Part shown: one piece after another, positions 8,990-21,900 of the stretch | Layout of the letters: each line of letters begins with the position of its first letter | Position numbering within the stretch: the first letter of the stretch is position 1 | Source of the DNA: Amphiscolops sp. MND2022 | Taxonomy: Eukaryota | Reading direction: 5' to 3' | DNA: 64,000 bases | Assembly: GCA_964187785.1 (NCBI GenBank) | Contig: OZ076409.1 | Coordinates: 78,494,001-78,558,000, forward strand | Made by a program: the position numbers and the translations under genes | Notes under the pieces: generated by a model | What the model was told of the DNA's origin: nothing | Seen by the model: the letters and a program-made list of their open reading frames with translations, nothing else | Databases searched by the model: none

Positions 8990-11900
8990 TCATATTTGAA
9001 ATGGTCAAAGGCATCGGCAAGGGTGGCAGTTTTCATTGTGGGATGCAGCCTGGAGATGCACCTTACTGAAGTGTGTACTGGTCTTACATCGGTGGCCATT
9101 AATGGAATGGATTCCGGACGTTTCGGCAAAAAACGTTTCGGCAAAAACTTTGCGGCGGACGTTTCGGCAAAAAAATATGCCGAAACGTCTCAGGCTAAAA
9201 ACATTTGCCGAAACGTTTCGTATGATATTTGGGGCACATCTGGTGTATGCACGCTCGCCCTCACTGTCGCAAAGACCAGCTCCCACTACGATCGCTTCGC
9301 GATCTCGGTTCCCGCTAGGTCTTTGCTCCTGTTCGACCTCGCTTAGCAAGATGGGAATATAAGCGGCCCCAAGGGGCCGCAGGGCACTAGAGGAAATGGG
9401 GACATATCCGAGGGGTACTTGATATGACATGTTATAATAATACGCTGACTACGTTATAAAGATAAATTCGACAAAATCTGCCACGTGTTTTGAACTAAGT
9501 GGTTTTCAGTCGAACGACTTTAAGCCAAGTGACCAATACCCGAGACACTTAGCTTTAAAAAATTAAGCCAAGTGACCAATGAAGCCAAATGACTTTAAGC
9601 CAAGTGACCATTTACCACCAGTTTGTAGAAAACCAAAAACAAAACCAAAAGAAAACGGGACGTTTCGGCATGAAAAATTTGCCGAAACGTCTCGAAGTTT
9701 TTTTGCCGAAACTTTTTTGCCGAAACGTCCTATTCCCAATAGAATCAAGGCGCTCGGTGTGTGTGTCGTTCTTTTCTGTGACGAGTGTGTGGCTACCCAC
9801 AGGCGTGACAGAGTCCTGGAGGCCATTAACACCCAAAACCTTCAAGATAAGTACCAATTTTCCGATCTTGAAGCGAAATTTGAAAAAAATTGAGAAAAAA
9901 AATGTCTCTGATGATGGAAATGAAATTGAACTTGTCTGAAAAATCTCTTACAAAGGTTATTGAGAGGAAAGTACCCTCCGGTTCAAAAGCTGAGATACCA
10001 AACCATAACCCCAAAAAGGTTGATCACGACACCAACAAAAGTCTGCGAATTCAGGGTATCCCTGAGGATTTTGATAAACCAGCCAAAGAGAATATCCTAC
10101 TGACAAATGAAAAACTGAAAGATGTTTTCAATACACTGGGAGTCACCAATCCAATAGTTAATGTGAAAAGACATGGAAAATTTGACAATTCTGGATCAAA
10201 GCCCAGAACAATAATGATTGAAGTGTGGAATGAATGGGAAAAACGAACAATTTTTGCCGAAAGTATCGAAAAACGAACAGAATTGATGAACAAAAACAAC
10301 TACCTTTTACCAGCGTTAACGAGAAAGTAAGCGTTCAAAGAACATGCATGCTTAGTTGAAACTGGAGTCACCAGGAGTGCGCTCAAAATAGGAAATATTG
10401 AAATCTACCAAGATGATGTCAAAATTGAAATAACTCCTACCGCCGAGTCACTATGTTCAATGAACATATTAGTCCTGAATGCAAATAGCTTGATAAATGA
10501 AGATAGGCGCAGAGAATTCTCTGCTGCTGTAGTTGGAGGTAGTTTTCTAGCTGCATGTGTTAGTGAAACCTGGCTTCATTCAAATATCTCTGATAAAGAA
10601 CTTTTTCTTGGAACTTATGAGCTTTATCCAGCCGATAAGCGCTCTAGAGAAGAGAACATATCTAATCATGGTGGATCACTTATTGCTGTATCTAAAAGTC
10701 TTTCTTCCGCAAAAATTGAGCACATATTTTCCCAGCGTTGTGTTGCAGTCGAAGTTACTATACACAACGACAAGCTGATTATCTGTACATTTTACAATCC
10801 TCCTAAAGAAAGCGTGTAGCGATACACTGTAAGTGATTTCGAATTGATGTTAACATTGTCAACGAGATTCCAAAAAAACCAAATACTTTTTCGTGGAGAT
10901 ATAAACTTCCCCCAGACAAATTGTAATAGTTTTCATAGTGAAGATGATTTTGAGAGAGAGGTCCTGGATCTTTCTGACAAACACTGTCTACAGCAAGCAG
11001 TAACTAATTCAACTTGCGGGAAGAACACTCTAGATATTGCCTTACACAGGAACCTCTCAGTACTATGCGAAGAAAATCATATTCTTGAAAAATTGTACAA
11101 AATATCAAACCATACTCCTTTTGCCCTAGAATTGAAATGCCCATATACATACAACAAACTGCTACAAAGACTGCGTACAGTTTCAATGCTGCTTATTAAG
11201 AAGAAGTATTAAAGATTTTGGAAAATTCTCCCTTCGAGCCGACTTGTTACTCGAACATAGATAACATGGTAAACGAATTTTATGTTTATCTCAATGATAT
11301 TATTGAAAAATGTGTTCCCCGACGAACGACTCATAGACAAACGTTACCAAGTTGGTTCATTTCTAAGACCTCTCACTTGTTGAAAAAATTTGAAACACAG
11401 AGGAAATTACTGAAATTGAAACCAACTGCGTACCGCAAACAAAAGATTAAAACACTGGAATCCGAGTTTTGGAAATCGAGCGAGTAAGAAAAAATTGACT
11501 ATCAAACGGAAATTGCAGAAACAAGAAACACTGATTTGATGTTCAAACATTTCAAACGAATGAGTAAAGAGTCTGCTCTTCCTTCAACTGTTGTTCTGAT
11601 CGGACAAGGGACAAGAGTCTAACAGCGTCAAAGAAACATTGAATCTTTTCAATAATTACTTCCAATCTGTTTATTCGCCGAAAAACAAGTCACTAAGTGA
11701 TATTTATTGCAAAGACCCAAAAACAACAAATTTTGACACAGCAGTTTGTACTATCCGAAAGTATCTCGACGATTTGGATGAGACCAAATCAGGAGGCCCT
11801 GATGGTAGTCCGCCTTTGATCATCAAAAACATGGCTGCACCTCTGAGCAAAGCACTCAATCTTATCTTCAGAAATATCAAAAGACAGAAAAGAACACCAA

Positions 11901-13350
11901 AAGTGTGGAAAAATAGCGGTGTTTCATCTAGTCAGAAAAAGTCTAGCAAGAAAGATGTGTCAAATTATCGACCCGTAGCAATACTTGATATATTCGAGAA
12001 AATCTTTGAAAAGTGTCTGTATTCGTCTATCTACGGCTGTTTTTCAGACCAAATAACTTCTTCCCAACATGGCTTTGTAAAGAACAAGTCTGTCGAATCA
12101 AATTTGCTTTCTTTTTTTACCGAAAAGTTACAATAGCTATGATGACTCAACAACTAAATCCATTATTGCATTGTATGCAGACATGGCGAAAGCTTTTGAT
12201 AAAGTTCCTCATTATGAGTTAATTCAAAAGGTTTCTAAAACAGGAATTGGTGGATGTCTACTAGAGGTTCTCAAAGATTATTCAACAGATCGATACCAAA
12301 TTGTCCGTTGTGGCAATGAACGCTCTGATCAACTTCTCATAACAAGTGGAGCACTGCAAGGGTCTGTTATTGGACCGTTAATGCTTCTCATATTTATCAA
12401 CGATCTACCGGAATATTTATTCTATAGTGAACCTTTTTCGTATGCTGACAACCTCAAAACCATAGTGATTAACAACAAAGAAATGTTTCAATTAGACCTA
12501 GATAACCTTACTAAATGGGGAGTGGAAAAGAAAAAATCTTTTGCTGTCAAGGACCTAAAATGTTTTATGGTTACATTCCGAGGCACAACGGAAGAACAAT
12601 TCTATTTGAGTAACTTACCTCCCCTGGGATTTACATCTGCCAAAGATATTGGATTGATGGTAACTAGTAATTTATCATGGTCAACCCATATTAAAAGCAA
12701 AATGTGTAGAGCCAACACAGTTTTCTTCTTTATCAAAAGGAACACCTCCGCTACACAAAAATGAGTCAGGCTAAATTTGTTTAAATCTATGTTACTGCCA
12801 ATTCTGTCATTTGCTTGTTGCTGCTTCAGACTTTCCACAGCCAGTTTGAAATTACTGTAAAATTTCCCGAAAAGAGTCCTCAAATGGGTATGCCGTGACT
12901 ATCATTCGACTCACAAAGATCTTTTCTTAAAATGCAATCTTCTACCAGTCCCTATGTTCTTCCAACTAAAGAACCTACTATTCCTATCAAAATATTTTCA
13001 CGAAATGCGGTTCACGGGGTAAGACTTGAGTATTACAACAGTGTCTAAAAAGGGCAGAATGATGTTTGGTATAAAAACTGCCTGTACTGAGAAAGTTCTG
13101 TTTCATGACGTGCCGAGTTGCAAACAAACTTCCGAAAGAGTTGCATTTTTCGAATCTTTGGGACTCAAAAATAGAATTCTGGACTTCATGTAGCAATACT
13201 TTCACCAGCTCTATCTTGAAGATCAATTGTGCACCTACCAAATATACTGTGACTGCCATAACTGCCGAAACACAACTAGGATATTCTGATAACAACCGTT
13301 GGGGAGAAGTCCCTTCAGCCTAGCTGTAAAGTCACTACAAAAACAACAAA
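8990..13350 (+). mobile_element. Near full-length decayed CR1/L2-group LINE (ORF1 PHD/RRM-like, APE endonuclease, RT)
   Basis: ORF1 LRIQGIPE. APE: LNANSL, VSETWL, GGSLI, YNPP, GDIN, NTLDI. RT: GPDG, NYRPVAI, QHGF, DMAKAFDKV, QGSVIGP, YADN. C-terminal CDCHNC and an ACAACAA-like tail. Many frameshifts. Confidence 0.9.
9109..9737. mobile_element. MITE B (GCCGAAACGT-repeat arms, shared core) inserted in LINE ORF1
   Basis: GG-N5-GGACGTTTCGGC TIRs; 8-bp TSD aatggaat/aatagaat. Removal restores the LINE frame (AINGIKAL). Confidence 0.85.
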
Positions 13351-13769
13351 GTCCACGCGGTTTGAGCACTGAAGGCAAGTCGAGAGAACCCAACGACTGC
13401 TTTATGAGAGAATTGAGTGTAGACTGTACTTATGAACTTCAGAGTTATTTTAAAAATTTCCTCTAGCATGAATTGTCGGTTTATCGAATTGAAAGCGTTT
13501 TCAAGTCAACTTTCAAAATTAGGTTTTGTTTGGGCTGAGGGCTTCCTATCAAACAACGGAAAATATGTGAGGTCTATTCAACATCCTTTTCGGTGCCTAC
13601 ACCTACTTGTCGATTTCCATATCTTGCTTGAGGTTATTCGAAGACATGGTATCCGGCGGACAACCGGCGGAAAGTATTGCCTACAGCAAAAAAACGAAGT
13701 CCTCCATCGGACTTTTTAGCGCTATTAGTTTCGCATCAAATAAAGATCAAATAAAGACGGCCATTCGTA

Positions 13770-14792
13770 TCAAGGGAACTGTCAAAAACAGCGTCGCTGA
13801 TTCCATTCCTTCGTTAGTGATGTTGTCGGTGGCTAGAGGAGGGAATGACGTCTAAGGAATTACCTCAAAAGGTCCACCGGGAAAAACCTCTAAAAGAATA
13901 ACATCTAAACTGAAACATTGGGAATAACCTCAAAAGTTTACCGAAGAAAAACGTCTAAAGGAATAACATCTGAATTAAAATTCTAGGGAACAACGTCTAA
14001 AAAACGGGAAGAAGTTTTAAACAGGGGATTACCGTCTAGAAAGAGGAATAACGTCTAAAATTGGGAAACGTCTATTTCGGAAAAATGTCCGAAAAATCAA
14101 AAAACCATCATTATACGTCTGAGAAACAGGAAAAACGTGTAAGATTGGGAAAAACGCCTGAAAGATCCAAAACTCTTTAGAATACGTCTAAGAAACGGAA
14201 TAACGTCTAAAATTTGGAAAATTCAAGTCAATACTGATCTAAAGGTAAAAAGTGATTTACACTGTAAAACGTGTCTCGGATATGTCCCATTTCCTCTAGT
14301 GTCCCGCGGCCCCAAGGAGCCGCGGGACACTAGAGGTAATGGGACATATCCGAGACACGTTTTATACTTCAAATCACTTTATACCTTTAGATTAGTATTG
14401 ACTTGAATTTTCCCAATTTTTGACGTTATTCCGTTTCTTAGACGTATTCTAATGATTTTTGGATCTTTCAGGCGTTTTTCCCAATCTTACACGTTTTTCT
14501 GTTTCTCAGACGTGTGATGATGGTTTTTTGATATTTCGGACTTTTTTTGATTTACACGCTTCTCAATTTTAGACTTTATTATCTTTTTAGAGGGTATTCC
14601 CCTGTTTAGACTTTATTCCCGTTCTTTTTAGACGTTATTCCCTGAAATTTCAATTTAGAAGTTATTCCTTTATACGTTTTCCCGGTGGACCTTTAGACGT
14701 TATTCCTTAGACGTCATTCCCGCATCTGGCCACCGAAAACGTCACTAACGAAGGAACGGAATCAGCGACGCTGTTTCTGACAATTTCCTTGA
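13770..14792. repeat. ~1 kb foldback palindrome derived from MITE C (AGACGTTATTCC arms)
   Basis: The two arms are reverse complements around a centre at 14314-14315 (gtcccgcggcccc-aa-ggagccgcgggac). Confidence 0.9.
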
Positions 14793-15399
14793 GGACTAGA
14801 GGAACATAGACTTTGATGGTTTACGCAAAAATGCTCAGATTTTGACGTAGTAGATTTGGCGCTGAAGGAAACAAAATTTAAATGACTTTAGCTTCGGTCT
14901 TTGTTGATGCCCCGATCATGTAATCCCCCATTGGAGAAAAAGATATTGTCCAAACGTTATTCAAGGTTTACAAAAGAAGGGAAGTTACATGACGGACTTC
15001 AAGATCAAAAACGTCAAGCTCTATTACAAAGGAACCCCAGTTACCGTTGATACATCGAGACAAACATCGATCTGACTGAACTGCAAATCGTATTTTTCTA
15101 TACTCAAACGTCCTCAAAGTTCAAAAGTCTTTTTACCTTCGAAACTTCTCTAACTTCACACTTTCTCGTACTTAATATTGGGCCTCAGGGTCAAGACGGA
15201 AGCAGTAGATCTTTTGGTAGCAGTAGAATATCAGAGCGGCTCAACACTCGAGAATATCTCTTTCAGACATTGTTTTTTTCTGTTCTCTGCTGTATTTTGG
15301 ACACTGCACTGAGTTTTTTAACCTCAAATACGCTTATCCACCCTCTACCCATGGCTGCAAAGTCGATGTTGCGCAAGACATAGCACTTGTACATGCAAA

Positions 15400-15960
15400 A
15401 CAGAAGAATTCTACAAACTGGTCCTAGGTAATGCAGTTTGTAGAAATTTTTTCTACAAACTGGATCAATAACATTTACAAACCGGACATCCTTTACACAA
15501 GACCCTGAGAGCTCCACTGCCTAAGATCTAAAGGAAAAAGATGCAAAACTGAAAGGTGGGACATCTCCAGTGTATGCACGCTCGCCCTCACCGTCGCAAA
15601 GACCAGCTTCCACTACGATTGCTTCGCTATCTCTGTTGTCTAGGTCTTTGCTCCTGTTCCCCCTCGCTTGGCAAGATGGCAAAATAAGCGTCCCGAAGAG
15701 GCCGCGGGCACTAGCGGAAATGGGGACATTTCGAAGGCACGTTTTTTACTTTGCATCATTCCTACATTATTGATCTTATTGTTTTTTTCTGCATTGATGA
15801 TTTACAAACTGTTTTTCTACAAACTGGCCGGTTTTTCTACAAACTGGTTATAAAAATATAACCATGGTCCAGTATGTAGAAAAAAAGTTCTACAAACTGG
15901 ACCTCATTTTTCTACAAACTGGAGTCTACAAACTGGTTTTCTACAAACTGGTTCCATACC
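15400..15960. mobile_element. MITE D (CTACAAACTGG-repeat arms, shared core); left end eroded
   Basis: Many ctacaaactgg repeats; right terminus reads GG-N5-AACCAGTTTGTAG on the minus strand; core at ~15557-15740. Confidence 0.75.
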
Positions 15961-16649
15961 GTTGCGACGTCCAATTTGCTGTTTTCAACGTTCGTTTTTT
16001 GTTGAATGCAATTTCTCCGTTCTTGGCTGGTGTTCACTGATTGGCTGGACCCCAATGACGGGCTTTGATGAAAAAATTTCAGGAAGCGGTAAATGAGCTC
16101 CGCCTGTGGAGTTTGTCGATTCACCCGCTCATAGAGAGGGAAACAACCTCGACCTTTTTTATCCGACACTTGCAACCTCGACAGTTGAGTAGACAAACGT
16201 TTTTTCCTCTGATCTTTATTCCATGTATTTTTGACTCGAGTGTACGAATACCGAATTGCATATTGTATTTTCCTATTCACAATCGCAAAATCGATAAATC
16301 AGTTTTCAATCATCTCTAACACCTCAAAACGATCTGAACTGTTTCACGCAATCCATTTCCAATGAAATTAAAGCTCAATGCTGCTCACTTTGTTTTCGTT
16401 GCCAATATCGATTCGAGAAATGAGGAAATGCCGTAGTAGTCATCCCATCTACTACTTCTTACAAGCGATTGATCTTCAGAATCAAAAAGATACAATTTCA
16501 CGCAAAAACTCCAGATTCATGTTACTTCTATCAGCTTTTAAGCAACGTGAATTAGATCTGGCACTATCTCAATCTGTCGATTCAGATAGATTTATCTTCG
16601 TAGATAGTTTCATCAACTGAGTTGATTCGTGTGCTCCAAAAATAGAGAC

Positions 16650-17900
16650 TTTTGCAAACATATTCCTTTTGTTACTCATTTCAACACCTAAAAGATATAA
16701 CTGGCCGTGATGTTGCCAAAGCAATCAATAACTACCATATTTTAGTCCTTTTCCCAAACAAAGACGTTCCCGCAGAATCAGAAACTGAGATTGTACCTAT
16801 AGGTTTTGATGATCTCGAACTTCCACTCATTGAATTGGAATCTCTCCTGCGAGTTGCGATGATTCAAGTTCTCTAGGTCCAGGCGAAGTCTCATCCTTTT
16901 TTCGTCTAAACGCTTCAATAATAATGCCTCCATTAGTGGTCGAACTTTTCAGACGTATTCTGAGCAATCGAGCGTGAACTGCTAATTGAAATGTTTTGCA
17001 TTTAACATCACTGCATTGAAAAGGCTAAGAATTCCCATCGAGAACTTTCGCCAAATTTGTATTTTTTGCAATTTCTCACTGATTTCGGAAAAGATTTCGT
17101 GAAAACGCACAAAACAAAACATGGCTAGGTTTTGTTTTTTTCATTGGATTCCAAATCTCCCTTTCTGTCTTGTTTTGATGTGCAGAAAGCATTATCCAAA
17201 AACAAACGTTTTGACTCATGTCCCTGTTCATTGAAACTAATGAAATTCTACCTTTCCCTTCAAGCAAATTTGAAACTGTCAAAGTGAGAGGAAGCTTCTC
17301 GTCTCCGTCTTTTCTACTTTCAGGAATTGCTCAGGGAGGTTTTTTGGACCCTTGTTAATCACTCTGTTAATCAACGATATGATAGATTCTCTTGATCATT
17401 GATACCCTTTTTTTGCTGACGATTTAGAAGCAGATTTGGACTCCTTTCCTCATTCAAAGTGGTCCTGATGCTATCTGCATTTGTCTCTTTCAAATTCACT
17501 TAGTTTCCATCTTTGTAACTGTTTGCATTTTTCATTCTCTTACGAAATGACGGATTCCTTGCGTAAGCTTGGAGCAAAAGATTTGCTATTTGAGACGATT
17601 ATTGAAGCTCTTGGGTTTACAGTCACATCTAACATCGATTGGAAGAATCATACAGAAACGAAATTCACCAAATGCACGCGAGTCTTTAACTGCGTGCATC
17701 GAATATTGCATTTTGCTACTTCTAGTCCCAAAAAAGGTTACTTTTCCACTCTTTGATAGTATCTATTCTGTTATATGGATCTCCTGTATTGGAGCATTCG
17801 GTCAATTGCCTAAAATAATCAGAAAAGTCCAAATTCGAGCTTTTGAATAGATTTGTCCTGACAAAAATTGTAAGTCAGCCCTGTTGAGTCATTCTTCTCT
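16650..17900 (+). pseudogene. Highly decayed CR1-like LINE RT fragment
   Basis: SGIAQG..GPLL..LINDM..FFADDL at ~17320-17430, and ALGFTVTSNIDWKNH, which resembles the KDLG..SSNLSW motif. Confidence 0.7.
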
Positions 17901-19399
17901 ACCCCTGATGAACCCTGATCAGTAAGAATACCAATGAAAACTAATAAAAGTGGCTGTGAATATGACTTCTTTGTCAGATCCGCTAGAATAGTGGCATTTT
18001 GTGATATTTTTAGTTAGGAAAAAGATTTTGTTTGCCTTGAAAGGTTCTCGCTTTGGAATTTTCTGTTGAAACAGCTTACAAAAAGTATCGCAGTGTTACA
18101 GAGCCTACTCGTTAGCATCAGAGTGCCCGCTGAAAGAATCAAAATCGTTTTTTTTTCGTCTTTTTCTCCATTTATGTTTCCAGTGTGAAACCCTAATAAC
18201 TTGTATTTCAGTCTGAAAGTAGTTCTGTATCTGCTTCAAAGTCTCAATTTCAATACATATTTTTTCGTCTTTCCAAGCTCCGTTTCCCTAAAGAGTTTCC
18301 TTTGAATTTTAAAAACTATTTCGACCAAGCGGATCTTATGAACTACATGCTCCCCAAGTACAGTATCGTAACTCCATTTTGAACTCAAAATGGCAAAGTT
18401 CAAAACCAAACATCTGGCAAACTGCCAAATACGAAAACTGTCAGTTACAAAAGTATCTTAGAGTTTTAAATAGTTTACAAAATGTTTACTTTTCTACGAC
18501 CCATATTAAGAAATTGCAAATTTTAGGAAATTTCAATTGAAAATTGAGTTTTTCGATATTTGAAAGAGTTAAAATTAAAATTTTCGGAAAATGTTTTAAT
18601 TAATTCGCAGACTGCTTATTATCTCCCGAACCTACTGAATTGTTCTGGTCGAGAACTTGTTTTGAATAAAAAATGCATTATATTTTAGGCTTCATAAGTG
18701 GACAAATAGGTTAAACACTGGTTCATCGACGCGTTAAATGAGACTAGTAAGATGCCCCAACATTGATCATTGAGCCTGGTTCAGGCAAAGTGAGATTGAG
18801 AAATAACCAAAACCTGCATAAGAGTCAATTCATCTATTTTTGAATTCCATTAACGCGAGCTGTAGTTAGAACGTGAATATTTGAACGATCATATTCAGAT
18901 ATGACTTGGAATACTTCCCAGTAGCGTCTTGGACAATTAGACAATTACCGGCTTAATTTTATATGAGGCTTGTTCTTTAGGGGGTGGTGTTTGTGCTTCA
19001 TAAGGACATAGTCGGATCCCGTCGTTCATCAAATCCGACCAAACGTCCAGAAAAAAGTATATAGAACTCTCGGAAATTTTGTGTTTCAGACTTGGTTACT
19101 CACAGAACAAGCGAGACTTGTTCGCTGACCGAAAGATGCTTGAAATCCAAATATAGTAGTTTCTAATGTACTGTTCTCATTCATTTTAGAATACCGGATG
19201 CAAACTGAGAACCTTCAATCAGATTTTTTCTCCAAAGACTCGATTTTTTTCCGCAGAAAATTGTTTGAACGAATTACCTTTGAAAATGAGGATGAACTTC
19301 GCTCACTGCCGGTAACTGACACCACAACTGTCGAATTTGTTGTTTTTTGTATCACAAACAATAAATTTCGAAATTGTCTTGCCCTCAACAGAACGCTCA

Positions 19400-21900
19400 T
19401 TGGAGGCATCAATTTCAGTTTCAGATGAAGATAATTCAACCAGTTTTTTGATTGTTTGTGCGACTTCAATGTGAATGCTCAGCTTGATATCATGCGCTCT
19501 ATTTTTCTTTATTTATTTCATTTGCTTTTTAAAAACATAGATGGTCAAACTGGGTCTCATGAGGTTTTGATATTCGATTGGAACTAAAGACTTGTTTTCT
19601 CAACGGACCCAGTTTCAATTAGACAAAGAAATTTTTGTCGAAAAGCATTTGTTTACTTACTACATCAAAGCTACTACCCAACGTGTCGATCATAAAGGTA
19701 TTTTCTGGCGAAGCGAAGCCTATTGCCATTCTGACAAAAAAGTGAAATTGACCAAATTTTTCAACTTTGAGTCCTCATTTGTCGTCCTCTATGATGGGTA
19801 CGCGTTCGTTTTTTTTCCAAAGAAAATTACATGACTGGGCTACCTTCCAATATAAAAAATTTTGTGGACGGATGTTCCAACATTTACTCTTCCCGCTAGA
19901 AATTTTGACAGCTCGAATCTGAACACCAGTTTCTAATCAGCTGGCGGCTATTATCTTTGGAAACATTCGAGCTACTGGCATAAAGAGAAAGTAAAAATTT
20001 TCATGGCGCACTCCAGGGCCTTTTCGTGGATAAATTGTCATGCCGCCAACGTTGGACCTTAGTGTAATTTTTGGCGAAAAATGTTTTTTGATCAGGGCGT
20101 CATTTCATCCTATTTGGCTTTATAAAACCTATATCTTCGAGAGTATTTGTGTTGCAGTAAAAAGTCTTAATCTGAAAGATGCCAGAGGTTCTCGAGTATT
20201 CTAGTGCTCGAGTATTCAACCAGAGCAGGCTCCATCATAGTCGCATTTCGTGAGAAAATTTGAATGGTCGAGCTTGAAATCTCACTTACAGTCAGTTGGC
20301 CTGTAATTACTCCGAAATCATTTGAGATACTCCATGATGCACCTGTACTTTTTATGGTGCACTTCGGGACCTTCTCGTGGAATTACTTTCATCTCACTAA
20401 GGTAGCTATCAATAGCATTTTTCGACAAAAACTGATCAATATTCAATTGAGATTTTTATCCAATCTGGTTTCCTTATAAAAATCTTCGAGACTATTTGCG
20501 AGGCAGATAATATATATCATGACTTTATTTGGTGTCAAACGAATAGTCTTCGCAAGCCTCGCCTTTTGCCTTCATTTAGATACTAATCCACTCAAGATTT
20601 CTTTCAAATCAAATTCCTTCCTTTTTTCACTGCTGTGAAGTCCCAAGTTTCAGAGACTGTTATAAATTTGAATAATACTCCATCGGATCTTGTTTTTAGA
20701 TCATCCATCAGATCATAAAAGCTAAGAAATACTCATTTTTGATGAAGAATATCTCTCACGATTTGATTTATGAAACATTAGGGAAAAATTTTCAGCAAGG
20801 CTTTTGATAGAAACTTGAATTTCACGGGTGAAATGATATGTTTTGAAGTGATCCTTTTCTGGTTATTCGATAATTTCAAAAAGTTATAGAAATGAATTCG
20901 TTAGAGATACTATTTGACCCATGCATCACAATGTTTGGAGTCGAGCTCACATGGCTATGTGTTATTTTGCATGGGATCGCAGCCTCTTTCAAAATTTTCA
21001 AATTTGGTAATGCAATTTTCTCACGGAAGATTATCTTGAATGTGTGCTGACATCGAATAGGAGAGGTGAACCAAGAATTACAATGATCGGAACAGTTTTT
21101 GAACCTGAAGTAATACATTTGTCAAGAAATGGTTATTAACATTTCTAGCTGTATTTGGTGCGCATTCATTCGAAACTTGTCAGTTTTGACTGGAAATATC
21201 CAAAGAATCGGCGAATTGGTTCTATTTCTGGAAAGAGGAATAATGTTAGTTCCTAACAAAAGGCGGTTATGCCAATTAATCTTGTCAGCTGGAAATGAAG
21301 AGGTAATAATGTTTTTATGGTTGATATTTTTCTTTTTATGGCTCAATCCAACCGCGTTTTTTGCGCTAGTTGTTATTTATGTCAGCCGTGGGTGCTTGGT
21401 TTCATTTTATATTGAATGTGCGGCCAAATCGGTGAGTAAATTATTTTCGAAGGTTAAAATTCTGAGTTCTTTTTTGTTTTCCCCACAACCAAAAAATTGA
21501 TGAAACTATTATAATCAAAAGATCTAAAACGGTGACAATTTGGGATCCAGATACAAATTTTATTCAGATTTTTTCTCATGGAGTCACGCATTCGTGATAA
21601 GGAAATCGATAGCTTCAATTTTTGAGTCATAAAAACAGTTGATTCGAACATAATCTTAGTCCAAATGTGTGAAAAATGTTTTGTTCAAACGAAAATCTAT
21701 TCCAATAGATGTAAATATCTTGTTATTTAAAAACATTTAATTTTTAAACAAGCAAGTTTGAAAATCGTTTCTCTGTATTTTTTTTAAAAAACTTTGAAGG
21801 TGGAGGGGTGTAGCAGAAAAGAGCCTTAAAGGAAAACACGCCGACTTAAAAGAGTACGTATACGTCGAAGGAACTCTGCCGTGCAAGACGAGGGCCAGAA
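19400..21900 (-). mobile_element. Possible very old LINE remnant
   Basis: Only scattered LINE-like peptide fragments in broken frames; no intact catalytic motif. Confidence 0.25.

Noticed and set aside
9109..9230. CRISPR-like repeat-spacer appearance of GCCGAAACG, CTACAAACTGG and similar arrays
   Set aside because: Units are ~10 bp, irregularly spaced, in both orientations, within MITE arms; eukaryotic context with no cas genes.
15368..15375. gttgcgca as the left TSD of MITE D (right flank gttgcgac)
   Set aside because: Only 6 of 8 bases match and no left TIR follows, so the boundary is unsupported.
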